32,000 nucleotides of DNA from Sedimentisphaera cyanobacteriorum (GTDB taxonomy: Bacteria > Planctomycetota > Phycisphaerae > Sedimentisphaerales > Sedimentisphaeraceae): contig NZ_CP019633.1 in NCBI RefSeq assembly GCF_001997385.1, positions 450,001 through 482,000 on the forward strand. The letters are read 5' to 3'. The translations under genes and the position numbers were made by a program. The notes beneath the pieces are model-generated. The model saw only the letters and a list, made by a program, of their open reading frames with translations, did not search any database and was not told the DNA's origin. Below are positions 1-9,171 of the stretch, piece after piece; within the stretch, counting starts at the first letter, position 1; every line of letters begins with the position of its first letter.

Positions 1-18
1 ATCACATTAAATGCACAA

Positions 19-50
19 GGCAGCGGCCCGCAAGGCTGCTGCCTTTTTTT
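19..50 (+). terminator. Rho-independent terminator of a + strand gene lying upstream of the window
   Basis: GGCAGCGGCC (19-28) pairs with GGCTGCTGCC (34-43): 10-bp stem with one G-U pair and a 5-nt loop CGCAA, followed by T7 (44-50). Confidence 0.7.
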
Positions 51-475
51 AATTTATTGCTTGACTTCAAGCCTGAAAAATTATATGTTAATGTTAGGTA
101 ATTAGATAGGTTTATCTGCCTCTTACTGAGATTGTTTGAGCTGAGGTTTAAAGCAGTGCTTTTTCAAAGCTCATAAATTTCAAAAGCGCAGAACCTTAAG
201 TTTTGTCTGTGATAAGACAATTCGACCGTTGTTTGAGTTTGGCTTCTGAGAATCGTTTGCATAACACGATCTGATTGGGCTTGGAACAGAATCGTAAGAT
301 CTTTTAAGCCTTTGACATCATTTATAAGTGAAAACATTTGTTTATTTGCTCCTTAGTTCCGCTTCAGCTTTCCAGGCTTAAAACGCATTAGGTTTTATAA
401 ATATGTTTGCTGTCTTATTCTTTAACAGAAAGGCAGCGAGAAAAGTTAGTGCAAACATATTTTAGGAGTGATTGT

Positions 476-1100
476 ATGTTTAAGCCTGTAACTATTGCTG
501 TAATGCTGCTGTATGCTTTTGGACACATTCCTTCAGCGGCGGAAACGCGGGATTTCAGCGACGATATTTCCGAAAGCTTTCAAATTCTTCCTGAAAGCGA
601 GCCCATAGAGGGAGAGCTGCAAACTGAAACGGATATTGATTTCTTTGTCTTAAATCCTGTGCCCCAGACGGTTTATCGTGTCTTTCTCAATAACGGGGCA
701 TCAGACAGGAAAAATATGACAGTCTTAATGGAAAATTACAACTCGGAGCTAAGAGATATAAAAACACTCGACTCAATTGCTGAAACTGAATATTCCACTT
801 TCTATTGCGAATACGGCTATCCCGTATATTTCAAGGTTTTCAGCAACTACAGCGCATCGGGATTGTATCATATTGAAGTGCAGACAGTGAAATCAGCTGA
901 TGTTGATTCGTTTTCCAACAGCTGCTCAGCCCCAACCCTATTGGATCTTTCAGGCGGCTATATCGAAACAGAAGCGGTTATAGACACTTCCGAACCTAAC
1001 TTCCCTGCAGCAGACTATTACACCTTTGATGCCCTTGAAAATTACCGTTACCATATCAGCTTCGATTATCTGGACTCTTCCGAAATAGAAGCCTCTATTT
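476..1100 (+). pseudogene. 5' fragment of an IS-interrupted secreted PPC-repeat protein (paralogue 1)
   Basis: AGGAG at 464-468, then ATG 476. Signal-peptide-like N-terminus MFKPVTIAVMLLYAFGHIPSAAE. Two PPC-like modules (..TDIDFFVL.., ..ADYYTFDAL..). The frame ends at TAG 1100-1102, built from a target T plus the IS-end AG. The ORF-track start TTG 407 looks like a spurious 5' extension. Confidence 0.85.
1097..1100. repeat. Left copy of the 4-bp target site duplication (ATTT)
   Basis: ATTT lies directly outside the left IS end. An identical ATTT lies directly outside the right end (2634-2637). Confidence 0.75.
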
Positions 1101-1116
1101 AGTCGTTCCTAAAAAA
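1101..1116. repeat. Left terminal inverted repeat of the IS
   Basis: AGTCGTTCCTAAAAAA compared with the reverse complement of 2618-2633, AGTCGCCCCTGAAAAA: 13 of 16 positions identical. Confidence 0.75.
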
Positions 1117-1147
1117 TCAATGATTTTGGGGAAACTAAAAAAATATA

Positions 1148-2512
1148 TCAGGCTAATCGAGTCTTTAATTTGCTTTTCATTGCCAAATTTCTGTAAAATT
1201 CAATAATTTTAAGCATAAAAATATAGGCAAAAGTAAACTTCTCTAGAAGTTTACGCATATTGTACCCAAAAGCGCTGCCGAGGGCGTTCATTTTGTCCCC
1301 TTCTACACCTTTCAAGAAGTTTCTTCCCAACCTGTTGTCTTCTTTGAGGTGGCCTATCGTTGGTTCTATGCTCGATCTTCTCTTAATCCACCTCTTGATA
1401 CTTCGTTTCTTTTTTCGCCAGCCCTTTTCTACAATTTCAACATTTCCAATATCTTCGCAGCCATGTTTCTTGTATCCTCCATCAACATAAACATCTCCAA
1501 GCTTTTCTCTCCCGATTAAATTCATTGTCTGCTTCAGATTAGCCCGAAGAGTATGGCCATCATAAGGGTTTCCTTCAAAGCCCAACGCTCCTACGATAAA
1601 ATTATTCTTGGCAGTAGTTACAATTCCAACCTTATTTCCAAACTCATATTTCTTGTGGCTTTTGCCTTTCCCAATGCAGCAGACGTGAGGTTCGTGAATA
1701 CTGTAGAGTTTATTTTTGCTTTTCTTTGTCTGGGCTAAAAGCTTCTTAGCGGCTTGAAGCAATGTATCAAAAATTATTCTTAACTGCTCATTGCCTGCTA
1801 TATTCCGCTCGACCTCTTTCGTAATTCGCCGCAGGTAGTTCCTTAATTTCTTCACTTCTTTTTTAGCTCTTTTGAACTGTCTTGCACGTCGATACCTGCC
1901 CTGCATTACATACGCCCTTTTCCCAACCCTTTCGTAGCTTTGGCGAAGTTGGAGTTTTGATGCTTTTGCAAGATCTACAAGCTTAATGCGCAGTTTGTGG
2001 CAGAGTTTTGCGTCGGTCGGATAAGTGATGTTCTTCTGCTGAACGGTTGTATCTGCAACGAGCTTGTTGAAATCGTTCTTTTTGATAACCTTAAGCTTCA
2101 AGCCGGCTTTGATAGTTTCTTCGAGCAGCTCTTCAAGACCATCAGATTTTACCTTATTACGCCACTTAGTCATACTGGTTGGATCAATAGGAGGCTCGTG
2201 CTGGAAGTATCTTTCGCCGCAGAAATACTGCCAGTAAGGATTCTCAACCCAGCCGGCAACGATTGCTTCATCGCTGAGATTGAAAGTGTACTTGAGATAC
2301 TGAAGGCCGACCATCAGGCGAATCGGCTTGGCCGGCCTGCCTGAATCAGGACTGTATAAACTGCCAAACTTCTCTTCAAAGCGAGACCAGTTGACAACCT
2401 CTGAGAGTTGGACTAAAGAGTGATCAGGATTTACAAGAGGTTTTAATGGCTGCTGAAAGAGTAAGCCTGCTTTATTGTTTTTTGCCTTCATTATTTTGTC
2501 CCAATATTGCAA
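1148..2512 (-). CDS. IS5-family DDE transposase (InsH-type N-terminal domain plus DDE domain)
   Basis: 454-aa ORF. N-terminal ..RPAKPIRLMVGLQYLKYTFNLSDEAIVAGWVENPYWQYFCG.. is typical of the IS5/IS1182-type N-domain. Candidate catalytic D (VADTTV), D (VYVDGGY) and E within R-x3-E-x6-K (RSSIEPTIGHLK). The ORF-track start is TTG 2512; ATG 2491 (GGGA 7 nt upstream) is an alternative. Confidence 0.9.
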   Translation of the reverse strand: MQYWDKIMKAKNNKAGLLFQQPLKPLVNPDHSLVQLSEVVNWSRFEEKFGSLYSPDSGRPAKPIRLMVGLQYLKYTFNLSDEAIVAGWVENPYWQYFCGERYFQHEPPIDPTSMTKWRNKVKSDGLEELLEETIKAGLKLKVIKKNDFNKLVADTTVQQKNITYPTDAKLCHKLRIKLVDLAKASKLQLRQSYERVGKRAYVMQGRYRRARQFKRAKKEVKKLRNYLRRITKEVERNIAGNEQLRIIFDTLLQAAKKLLAQTKKSKNKLYSIHEPHVCCIGKGKSHKKYEFGNKVGIVTTAKNNFIVGALGFEGNPYDGHTLRANLKQTMNLIGREKLGDVYVDGGYKKHGCEDIGNVEIVEKGWRKKKRSIKRWIKRRSSIEPTIGHLKEDNRLGRNFLKGVEGDKMNALGSAFGYNMRKLLEKFTFAYIFMLKIIEFYRNLAMKSKLKTRLA

Positions 2513-2545
2513 TGTTTTGATAGATGTAAGATAAACACTTGCAAT

Positions 2546-2573
2546 ATTATACCATATCTCGAAAGCTTTTCAA
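2546..2573 (-). promoter_or_regulatory. Sigma70-like promoter of the transposase gene inside the IS
   Basis: On the minus strand: TTGAAA (2573-2568), 16-nt spacer, TATAAT (2551-2546) preceded by TGg (extended -10). Confidence 0.5.
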
Positions 2574-2617
2574 TCATATAAACCATTATCAGAAAAGAAT
2601 TTAAGGAAATTTTAAAC

Positions 2618-2633
2618 TTTTTCAGGGGCGACT
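2618..2633. repeat. Right terminal inverted repeat of the IS
   Basis: TTTTTCAGGGGCGACT. Its reverse complement matches 1101-1116 at 13 of 16 positions. Confidence 0.75.
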
Positions 2634-2637
2634 ATTT
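2634..2637. repeat. Right copy of the 4-bp target site duplication (ATTT)
   Basis: Directly abuts the right IS end and is identical to 1097-1100. Confidence 0.75.
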
Positions 2638-4064
2638 ATGATTCAAACTGCAGCGGTACAGTTAGTTCATTTAATGAAGAAGAGGGAATAACGCTGGTGT
2701 CAAACGACGGCGGAGATTTTATAATAAGATGCTCTCATTCGGTTTACACTGAATACGAAGACATTAGTGTTGGGAATTACTATTGCATGAAGGTTTCTGC
2801 TGAAGGTCCTCTCTACGACGACTTCCCCAACTCCAAAGATTCTGCACATCAGGTCATCCCCGGCGATGGCCCGCTAAAGGGAGCTGTTTTCGGCGCGAAT
2901 TACGGGGGAGATATAGACTGGTTCAGCGTTGATGTGAACGCAAACACCCTTTACCGCATCACAATAGACGGGTATGACGATTCCAGATACAAAGACTGCA
3001 AGATATACTATTCCCGAACACCCGAGCCCGGTGAAACCGAGATTCTTATTGAGCTTTACTCAACCTCCGAATACGAACCGATTTCATCATACCTGTTCAG
3101 CCGAGATTATATGATAGAAGAATCCGGCAGGCTGTATATCCGTATGGCAGGACGTCATTTCGATACGTCCTACACTGTGGCGGCAGAGCTGATAAGCGAG
3201 TTCCCTGAAGATTTATGTCCCAATACCGTTGAAGAAGCTCAGCAGATACCCGCAGACAACACAAGGATTTTCGGCGCAGTTCTCGGGGAATACACCGACC
3301 CCAATTATGTTACTCATCCCGATAAGGATTATTTTTACTTTGATACGCAGGACTGGCATAAATACGAGGTGCGGGTGTCAAAGTCTGATAATGCAAACTT
3401 GAATTTCGGTGTAAGCAACCTCGACCCTTCCGGCTCGTCCATTATAAATTATCATGATGATCAGGCTGCCTTAACCTTCGTTGATACTTCACAGCGCGAT
3501 AAGTGGTATATATGCGCAGAAAACGAAACTAATATCATCGGTTCTTACTACGAGTTTACTGTACGTGATAAGGGTTATTTCCCTGATGAAAGGCCTGATT
3601 ATTTTGATTCCAGCGACACTTTCCGTCTGCCAACCGATGGAACATTGTATGCGGGATCAATAGATTATTTCAGCGACAGGGGAGATGATTACGACCTTCT
3701 GCTTTTCGATATTTCGGTTCCAGGCGAATACGCCTTCGAATTCCATAACCAAATTTACAGGGAGGTTTATTTCAAGGTGTATTACTGGGACACTGAATAT
3801 CACCCTGCAATCTCCAAGTTTGCTGTTTACAGAGGAGATACGGTTACGAAAACGCATAACTTCCCCACCGCAGGCCTTGGCAGGGTAGTGGTGAGCACTG
3901 AAAACGATTACACCGGCGATTATTTCGTGCGTATTAAAGATCCTTTGCCTCGCTGCGGAGAAGACTACCCCGCACCGGCAGGGGATATGAATGGAGACTG
4001 CTATGTTGATTTTCAGGATGTTACGACTGCCGCTGATGGCTGGCTTGAGAATACAAACCCATAA
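2638..4064 (+). pseudogene. 3' fragment of the IS-interrupted PPC-repeat protein (paralogue 1), with a C-terminal dockerin-like tag
   Basis: The frame stays open from 2638 and continues the 476-1100 frame once 1101-2637 is removed. Three further PPC-like modules (..GGDIDWFSVDV.., ..DKDYFYFDT.., ..DDYDLLLFDI..). C-terminal GDMNGDCYVDFQDVTTAADGWL. The ORF-track GTG 2697 start lacks a signal peptide and is unlikely to be a real start. Confidence 0.85.
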
Positions 4065-4115
4065 TTGCTCTTAAAAGAAACTGTTGGCTTTATCATGTGA
4101 TCGGGAGAAATAATA

Positions 4116-6137
4116 ATGACTGTTTTACGTTTTAATATATTTCTAATTGCCTCCTTGGGTGTTTGCTGCTGCATTTCAATGGCAGAGACTCCGGATTTTG
4201 GTAATAACTGGCAAAACGCCCATACTTTTTCTGCTGACGGCAGTGTTGTAGAAGGAAGCCTTAATACTGGGGGTGATGTTGACTGGCTGAAATTTATCCC
4301 TTCACCGCAGTACATATATGCAGTCAGCTGCAGCAGCATAGATGCAGGTTACACAGATTTTCAGATTTTCTCAGCCAATAAATACAATTCTATGATCTAC
4401 GAAATAACTTCAGAAGAATCTCTCAGCAGCACCAGCTTCACCTTCTATATTTACTGCGAAACCCCTGCGGCAATTTATGTCAAAGTTTACGATAATGATG
4501 GGGATTATGAAATAAGCGCATGGGCAGACAGGGCTTTTCCCCTCGATTCGTACTCAGATGCCTGCTCAAGCCCGCATAACATTACCCTCTCGGGGCAGAC
4601 CACTGTTATTTAAGGAGTGATAGATAATACCGATATCTCAAATCCCGATGGAGACTGGTTTACATTTGATGCGGTTTCTAATCACAAGTACCGAATTTAT
4701 CACTCAGACATAGATTCCGCAAACGTCCGCATTGACATTTTGGATGAAAGCTGCAGCTCTCTGTTAAGCAATACTCACGAAACAACTTACCTTCCTGAAA
4801 ACGGGGAAGACTGCCGCATCAGGGTAGAGTCGTCCGTTGCTGACAGGTTCAAGATAGGCAACTATTATCAGCTAGTAATAGAAGACCTCGGGTATATCGC
4901 AGACGAACATTCAGACAGTTTTGATTTTGCAACACCCATCAGCCCAGATTCTTCCACCGTCTCAGGCTCTATAGATTACCTTACCGGGCTGAATAACGAT
5001 GAAGACATATTCGTTTTCGACTGCCCGGGAACGCGGCTGTACAGCTTCAATTACCACGCAGATTCAACTTCGCTTAAACGCCTGAAAATGTACAACGTAG
5101 GATACTACGATGTTCTCGAAAGCTTCCACAGCGATGCTTTCTCATCCATCGAGCTCGATCCCAATTCTTCATTCGAATTTAGCGTTGAAGAGCCCGGAGC
5201 TGTTTACCTTAAGATATACACCGAAAACTCTTCCATTGGTGATGGCGAATATCATTTCAGTATTGAGGATTTAGGCCCAATAGGCGACAGCTTCTCTAAC
5301 GACATCCTCGCCCCATCTCCAATATCACCCAATCAAACAAAGGCAGGGACTGTTGAATTCAGTTCAGACGGTGCCGCGCCGGACTTCTTCTCTCTCCAAG
5401 CCCAGAAGGGCAGGATTTACAAGATTCGTCTTTATCAGCCTTTCGGATCTGAAGACAGCAGAATAAATTACGCAATGTATGAAAATATCTATGAAAGCCC
5501 GTTGATAGAAAGCTCTATAGACAAATATTTCGCAGCGCCAGAGGATAAAACATACACCTTTAGAATATCTGCTTATCAGCCTCTTGTAAGAAATCAGGGC
5601 GGTTATTATGAATTTACGATAGAAGAAGCTGGCTCTTTCACAGACAATCAGCCAAACTCTTGGAATCAGGCAATGCAGCTGCCAAACGACGGCCAAACCT
5701 TCACCGCTTCGATTGAATACTCTACCAACCTAAATTATGACCTTGATTATTATTGGTTCTCTGCCCCCAGCGACGGTTTTTATACGATTACTGGCACAGA
5801 ATACATCTCAGGGTCATTATGGTTCAGGATTTACGGCAGAGAAACTCACGATTCGCAGGGTAATTTCGAAGTAAGCGGGAATAATTCAGCTTCATACAGC
5901 CTTGATGCCGGTGAATACATACTCAAGGTAAAACATGATAACCCAAATAACCAGAGAACCGGTAATTATGAGATAACGATTGATTCACCGCCGTTTGTCT
6001 GCGGAGACCTCGACCACCCGTACCCTCTCGGAGATTTAAACCAGGACTGCAAAACTGACCTGCTCGATTATTCTATGCTCGCTGCAGACTGGCTCAGCTG
6101 CACCGACCCCAATCCACCCTGCAATTATATGCAGTAG
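4116..6137 (+). pseudogene. Secreted PPC-repeat protein paralogue 2, interrupted by an in-frame TAA at 4611-4613
   Basis: GGGAG SD, then ATG 4116. Signal peptide MTVLRFNIFLIASLGVCCCISMA. ORFs 4116-4613 and 4617-6137 share one frame and are separated only by TAA plus GGA. Five PPC-like modules and C-terminal GDLNQDCKTDLLDYSMLAADWL. Module order is collinear with paralogue 1. Confidence 0.8.
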
Positions 6138-6257
6138 AATTATAATACAAATACGTTCGGCTTCTGATTATCTTGGCTGCTGTGCTGTAAGATTTACTGT
6201 AAGAGCTGAGTGCAGGCTGGATTATTGTGCTTTTTTCTTCGTTCTTCAAATTTTAAT

Positions 6258-6287
6258 TTGACTTTGCGTCAGTTAATTTTGTAAAAT
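6258..6287 (+). promoter_or_regulatory. Sigma70-like promoter upstream of the beta-helix gene
   Basis: TTGACT (6258-6263), 18-nt spacer, TAAAAT (6282-6287). Confidence 0.35.
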
Positions 6288-6388
6288 GAATATTGCGAGC
6301 TGATAGAGATTGGCTCTCCCTCCGACAAACCTCCTGCAGCCCGTAATTCTTTGTATTAAAAATGTTGTTTTTTTGAAGGAGTATTAAA

Positions 6389-8578
6389 ATGAACTATTTC
6401 AAGCTGATTCTAATCACAGCCTTTGCAGGCATTCTTGCTGTGCCGGTCTTATCTGTTGAAACGAGCGACCTCTGGGAATATACCTACACCGACAACTTCG
6501 AAACAGACAAGGCAATTGACGACAGCTACGACCATTCGGTTTTCTGGCCTGAAAACGCATTCCCGCCGGCAGAGCCTTATCTTGTTTACACCACCATCTA
6601 TCACACGGATTCGGTTAATCGAAGGGGACTGCTGTTTAACGATTTCAAGGGTAAGCTTGCGCATCTGAACTACTGTTTTCCTCTGGTTTCTGCCCAGAAT
6701 GTCGATGCTGTGAAAGGGTATATCGAGTTCGACCTGAAGATGGAAGATCATAACGATGATACTCAGGTAAGCAGAAGAGGGTATTTCTGCTATTCAGTTT
6801 CCTCAGACGGCCAGCAATGGACAAAGCCCGCTGCCCTTAAATCCGGCCATCAGAAAATCGAGCTCTACTCCGACCAGGGCACCTGCTACATCAGCCTTGA
6901 AGGAAGAGATGCCTTTATAGACAACCTTTCCGTGGCTCTGAAAATAGAGCATGATGAGCCTGATGTGATAAACGTGCCTGAGGACTACCCGACCATCCAG
7001 CAGGCTGTAGATGCTGCTCAAGACGGGCAGACCGTTCAAATTGCCCCCGGAACCTACTCCGGCCAGGGCAATGTTAATATCGACCTGCTCGGGAAGGCAA
7101 TAACAGTGCGCGGAGCAAAAGGCCCGGGTGCTAGCGTAATAGACTGCTCTGTTATTTTGCCCGCAGTTCAAGAGGTGCCCGAGAAGATTATCTCACGCGG
7201 TTTTTATCTTCATCAGGGCGAAAGGCGAGATACTGTTATTAAAAATTTAACGATAACAAACGGCTTTGTAAGCGGTTCAGAAATCCCGGCAGATGATATG
7301 CGATGGAACTTATCGCCGGAGCATCCAATAGGGGCTGGGATATACTGCGAGTTTGCGAGCCCGACAATCAAAAACTGCATTATTAAAGACTGCCGAACAG
7401 AGCTGGGAGCCGGAATAGGCTGCGTTGGAGCGCATCCGGATATCTCTTTCAACAGAATCAGAGATTGCATTGCAGGAGGTTTTGGCGCTTGCGAATCCGG
7501 CGGCTTCGGAGCGGGCATTGGGCTTATAAGGCATTCCGCCCTCAGCATAACCAATTGCAGAGTAGTAAGGAATTCTGCCTATTACAACAGCAAAGGTGCT
7601 GGACTGTACTGCAGGAGAAGCAAGGCAAAGATTTACGGGTCGAGCTTCAACAGCAACTCAGCCGACGGCAGCCTCCTCGGCGGCGGCGTTTACTGCGGAA
7701 CCGGCTCTGAGATGATGCTGAAAAACTGCGTTGTTTCCAACAACCTTGCAAATTGCGGAGCGGGAATATTCGCTGAAAGAATGCTTGCTGATGAGATTGG
7801 CTCACTTCCAGCTCCCGTCTTCCCCCGAACTTCAATTACAGTGGAGAATTGTACAATAGCAAACAACAGGCTGGTTAATCCTATGCCGATATACCCGGGA
7901 GCCGGAATACACTCAAGAGCCGCTGATATAAGGGTAAAAAGCTGTATCGTATGGTACAACAGCCCTACGCAGATCGTGATTTACAAGTCTCCGCACAAGT
8001 TCCCGGTAACATACTCTAATGTGCAGGGCGGCTACCCAACCTCAGAGGCAGTGCTTGATAATTACAGCCCTGAAGACGGGCTTGAGCCTCTCGCAGGCGA
8101 GAGCACTGACGATTACTACCAGCACCTGAGCCTTATTGAATGCCCGGGCAATATCGATAAAGAGCCGCTTTTCGCTGATCCTGTTTTGCCTATTGTGGAT
8201 TATCATCTAAAATCTAAAACAGGGCGATATGTTCCCGGAAGGGTTCTCAGCGCAAGCGGAAATGTTAAGCCGGGCAGCTGGGTGAAAGACGATGTCCACA
8301 GCCCGAGCATTGATTCGGGAAGCCCGTTCCTGCCGTTCAGAGATGAACCTATGCCTAACGGCTTCAGGATCAATATGGGCGCTTACGGAAACACAAAGCA
8401 GGCGAGCAAAAGTATGCCATGGCATATCCTCGGAAAAGAAGGCTTTGGGGAGGATGTCCCGAGCCCCGATGTAAACAGAGACGGGATAATTGATTACGAA
8501 GACATAGTAAAGATTGCAGAGCAGTGGCTTCAGGGGGTAAAAGGCTACGGAATACAGACAAATCCCCCGCAAGATTGA
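6389..8578 (+). CDS. Secreted right-handed parallel beta-helix protein with an N-terminal jelly-roll-like domain and a C-terminal dockerin-like tag
   Basis: GAAGGAG 6375-6381, then ATG 6389. Signal peptide MNYFKLILITAFAGILAVPVLSV. ..PEDYPTIQQAVDAAQDGQTVQIAPGTY.. followed by repeated N-x-x-x-GAGI/GGG(V/I)Y turns typical of pectate-lyase-fold repeats. C-terminal DVNRDGIIDYEDIVKIAEQWL. Confidence 0.85.
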   Translation: MNYFKLILITAFAGILAVPVLSVETSDLWEYTYTDNFETDKAIDDSYDHSVFWPENAFPPAEPYLVYTTIYHTDSVNRRGLLFNDFKGKLAHLNYCFPLVSAQNVDAVKGYIEFDLKMEDHNDDTQVSRRGYFCYSVSSDGQQWTKPAALKSGHQKIELYSDQGTCYISLEGRDAFIDNLSVALKIEHDEPDVINVPEDYPTIQQAVDAAQDGQTVQIAPGTYSGQGNVNIDLLGKAITVRGAKGPGASVIDCSVILPAVQEVPEKIISRGFYLHQGERRDTVIKNLTITNGFVSGSEIPADDMRWNLSPEHPIGAGIYCEFASPTIKNCIIKDCRTELGAGIGCVGAHPDISFNRIRDCIAGGFGACESGGFGAGIGLIRHSALSITNCRVVRNSAYYNSKGAGLYCRRSKAKIYGSSFNSNSADGSLLGGGVYCGTGSEMMLKNCVVSNNLANCGAGIFAERMLADEIGSLPAPVFPRTSITVENCTIANNRLVNPMPIYPGAGIHSRAADIRVKSCIVWYNSPTQIVIYKSPHKFPVTYSNVQGGYPTSEAVLDNYSPEDGLEPLAGESTDDYYQHLSLIECPGNIDKEPLFADPVLPIVDYHLKSKTGRYVPGRVLSASGNVKPGSWVKDDVHSPSIDSGSPFLPFRDEPMPNGFRINMGAYGNTKQASKSMPWHILGKEGFGEDVPSPDVNRDGIIDYEDIVKIAEQWLQGVKGYGIQTNPPQD

Positions 8579-8590
8579 TTTTGTTAACTG

Positions 8591-8619
8591 AAAAAGGGCA
8601 GCCGATTTGTGCTGCCCTT
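8591..8619 (-). terminator. Rho-independent terminator of trmO, possibly bidirectional
   Basis: AAGGGCAGC (8594-8602) pairs with GCTGCCCTT (8611-8619) around an 8-nt loop. On the minus strand the stem runs into TTTTT (8595-8591). On the plus strand only an interrupted T-rich tail follows. Confidence 0.65.
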
Positions 8620-8681
8620 GCTGATTTTGCTTTCATCGTTATCAGAAGGGCTCGAAACTGTTTCAATCGCTGCTTATGGGT

Positions 8682-9158
8682 TTAGCGGTCTCCGGATTTG
8701 CTCTTGTTCATACCGTTTACCTTGCCCTCGAGCCAGCCGAGCCGAATATCTACGCTAGGATTGAGTTCCGGGACGTAAGGCTTTATGTCAAGCACGGGGC
8801 TGCCGTCTGCCATATCTATGCCGGCGATGTGCAGATTTCCGCCTTCTATCCGGATAAGCCGAACCACCGATAAGCCTATAGGATTCGGACGGTACGGGCT
8901 TCTTGTAGCGAATACGCCGTGCCGCCGGCCCTCCCAAGGGGGATGAGCCTTCAGGCTCGGCTTTGATGCTTTATGCAAATGAAAAACCACAACGATATGG
9001 CTGAATTCCTCAAGATCCTCCAAACCGGCCACATATTCATCAAATATCTCGATCCTGCCAGCCAGCTCTGAGGCACCCGCCGCCTGACGCGGAACCCCCG
9101 TCCCGTCTTTGAACTGGGTGTGTATCTTCCCGATTGGTCTGTATTCTATCCGCTCCAT
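8682..9158 (-). CDS. trmO: tRNA (N6-threonylcarbamoyladenosine37-N6)-methyltransferase TrmO (TsaA/YaeB family, short form)
   Basis: 158 aa. ..IGKIHTQFKDGTGVPRQ.., ..FSHIVVVFHLH.., ..GVFATRSPYRPNPIGLSVVRL.., ..DGSPVLDIKPY.. are family hallmarks. AAGGAG SD upstream of ATG 9158. Confidence 0.85.
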   Translation of the reverse strand: MERIEYRPIGKIHTQFKDGTGVPRQAAGASELAGRIEIFDEYVAGLEDLEEFSHIVVVFHLHKASKPSLKAHPPWEGRRHGVFATRSPYRPNPIGLSVVRLIRIEGGNLHIAGIDMADGSPVLDIKPYVPELNPSVDIRLGWLEGKVNGMNKSKSGDR

Positions 9159-9171
9159 TTCATTCTCCTTT

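Larger units (their letters stand above)
1101..2633 (-). mobile_element. IS5-family insertion sequence, 1533 bp, single transposase gene
   Basis: Bounded by imperfect terminal inverted repeats and a 4-bp direct duplication. Carries one DDE transposase ORF and its own promoter. Sits inside an otherwise continuous reading frame. Visibly more AT-rich than the flanks. Confidence 0.9.

Noticed and set aside
61-89. TTGACT-17-TATGTT promoter-like string about 390 nt upstream of the first gene
   Set aside because: The -10 is weak and it would imply an unusually long leader. I saw no riboswitch-like or other conserved structure in 50-475, so it is not reported as a feature.
407-475. ORF-track 5' extension (TTG 407) of the first PPC-repeat gene
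   Set aside because: ATG 476 has AGGAG 7 nt upstream and begins a typical signal peptide. The upstream 23 codons (MLSYSLTERQREKLVQTYFRSDC) have no SD and would bury the signal peptide.
1260-2344. Plus-strand ORFs 1260-1490, 1553-1738 and 1997-2344 inside the IS
   Set aside because: These are antisense shadows of the transposase gene. Their products are low-complexity, and they have no SD or recognisable motifs.
2697-4064. GTG 2697 ORF as an independent 455-aa gene
   Set aside because: It has no signal peptide, although the protein is built from secreted-type modules. The frame is open upstream to the IS end and continues the 476-1100 frame after IS removal, so this is a gene fragment.
4617-6137. 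GTG 4617 ORF as an independent 506-aa gene
   Set aside because: It is in the same frame as 4116-4613, separated only by TAA-GGA, and it begins in the middle of a repeat module. The AAGGAG-like string abuts the GTG with zero spacing. It is treated as part of a nonsense-interrupted gene.
6185-6206. Direct repeat CTGTAAGA..CTGTAAGA and the T-run at 6233-6238 as a terminator after paralogue 2
   Set aside because: No stable GC-rich stem precedes the T-run, and an 8-nt repeat alone is not significant.
8676-8873. 65-aa plus-strand ORF and other small ORFs overlapping trmO and the AEC transporter (9277-10132)
   Set aside because: They lie opposite well-supported minus-strand genes and have no SD or motifs.
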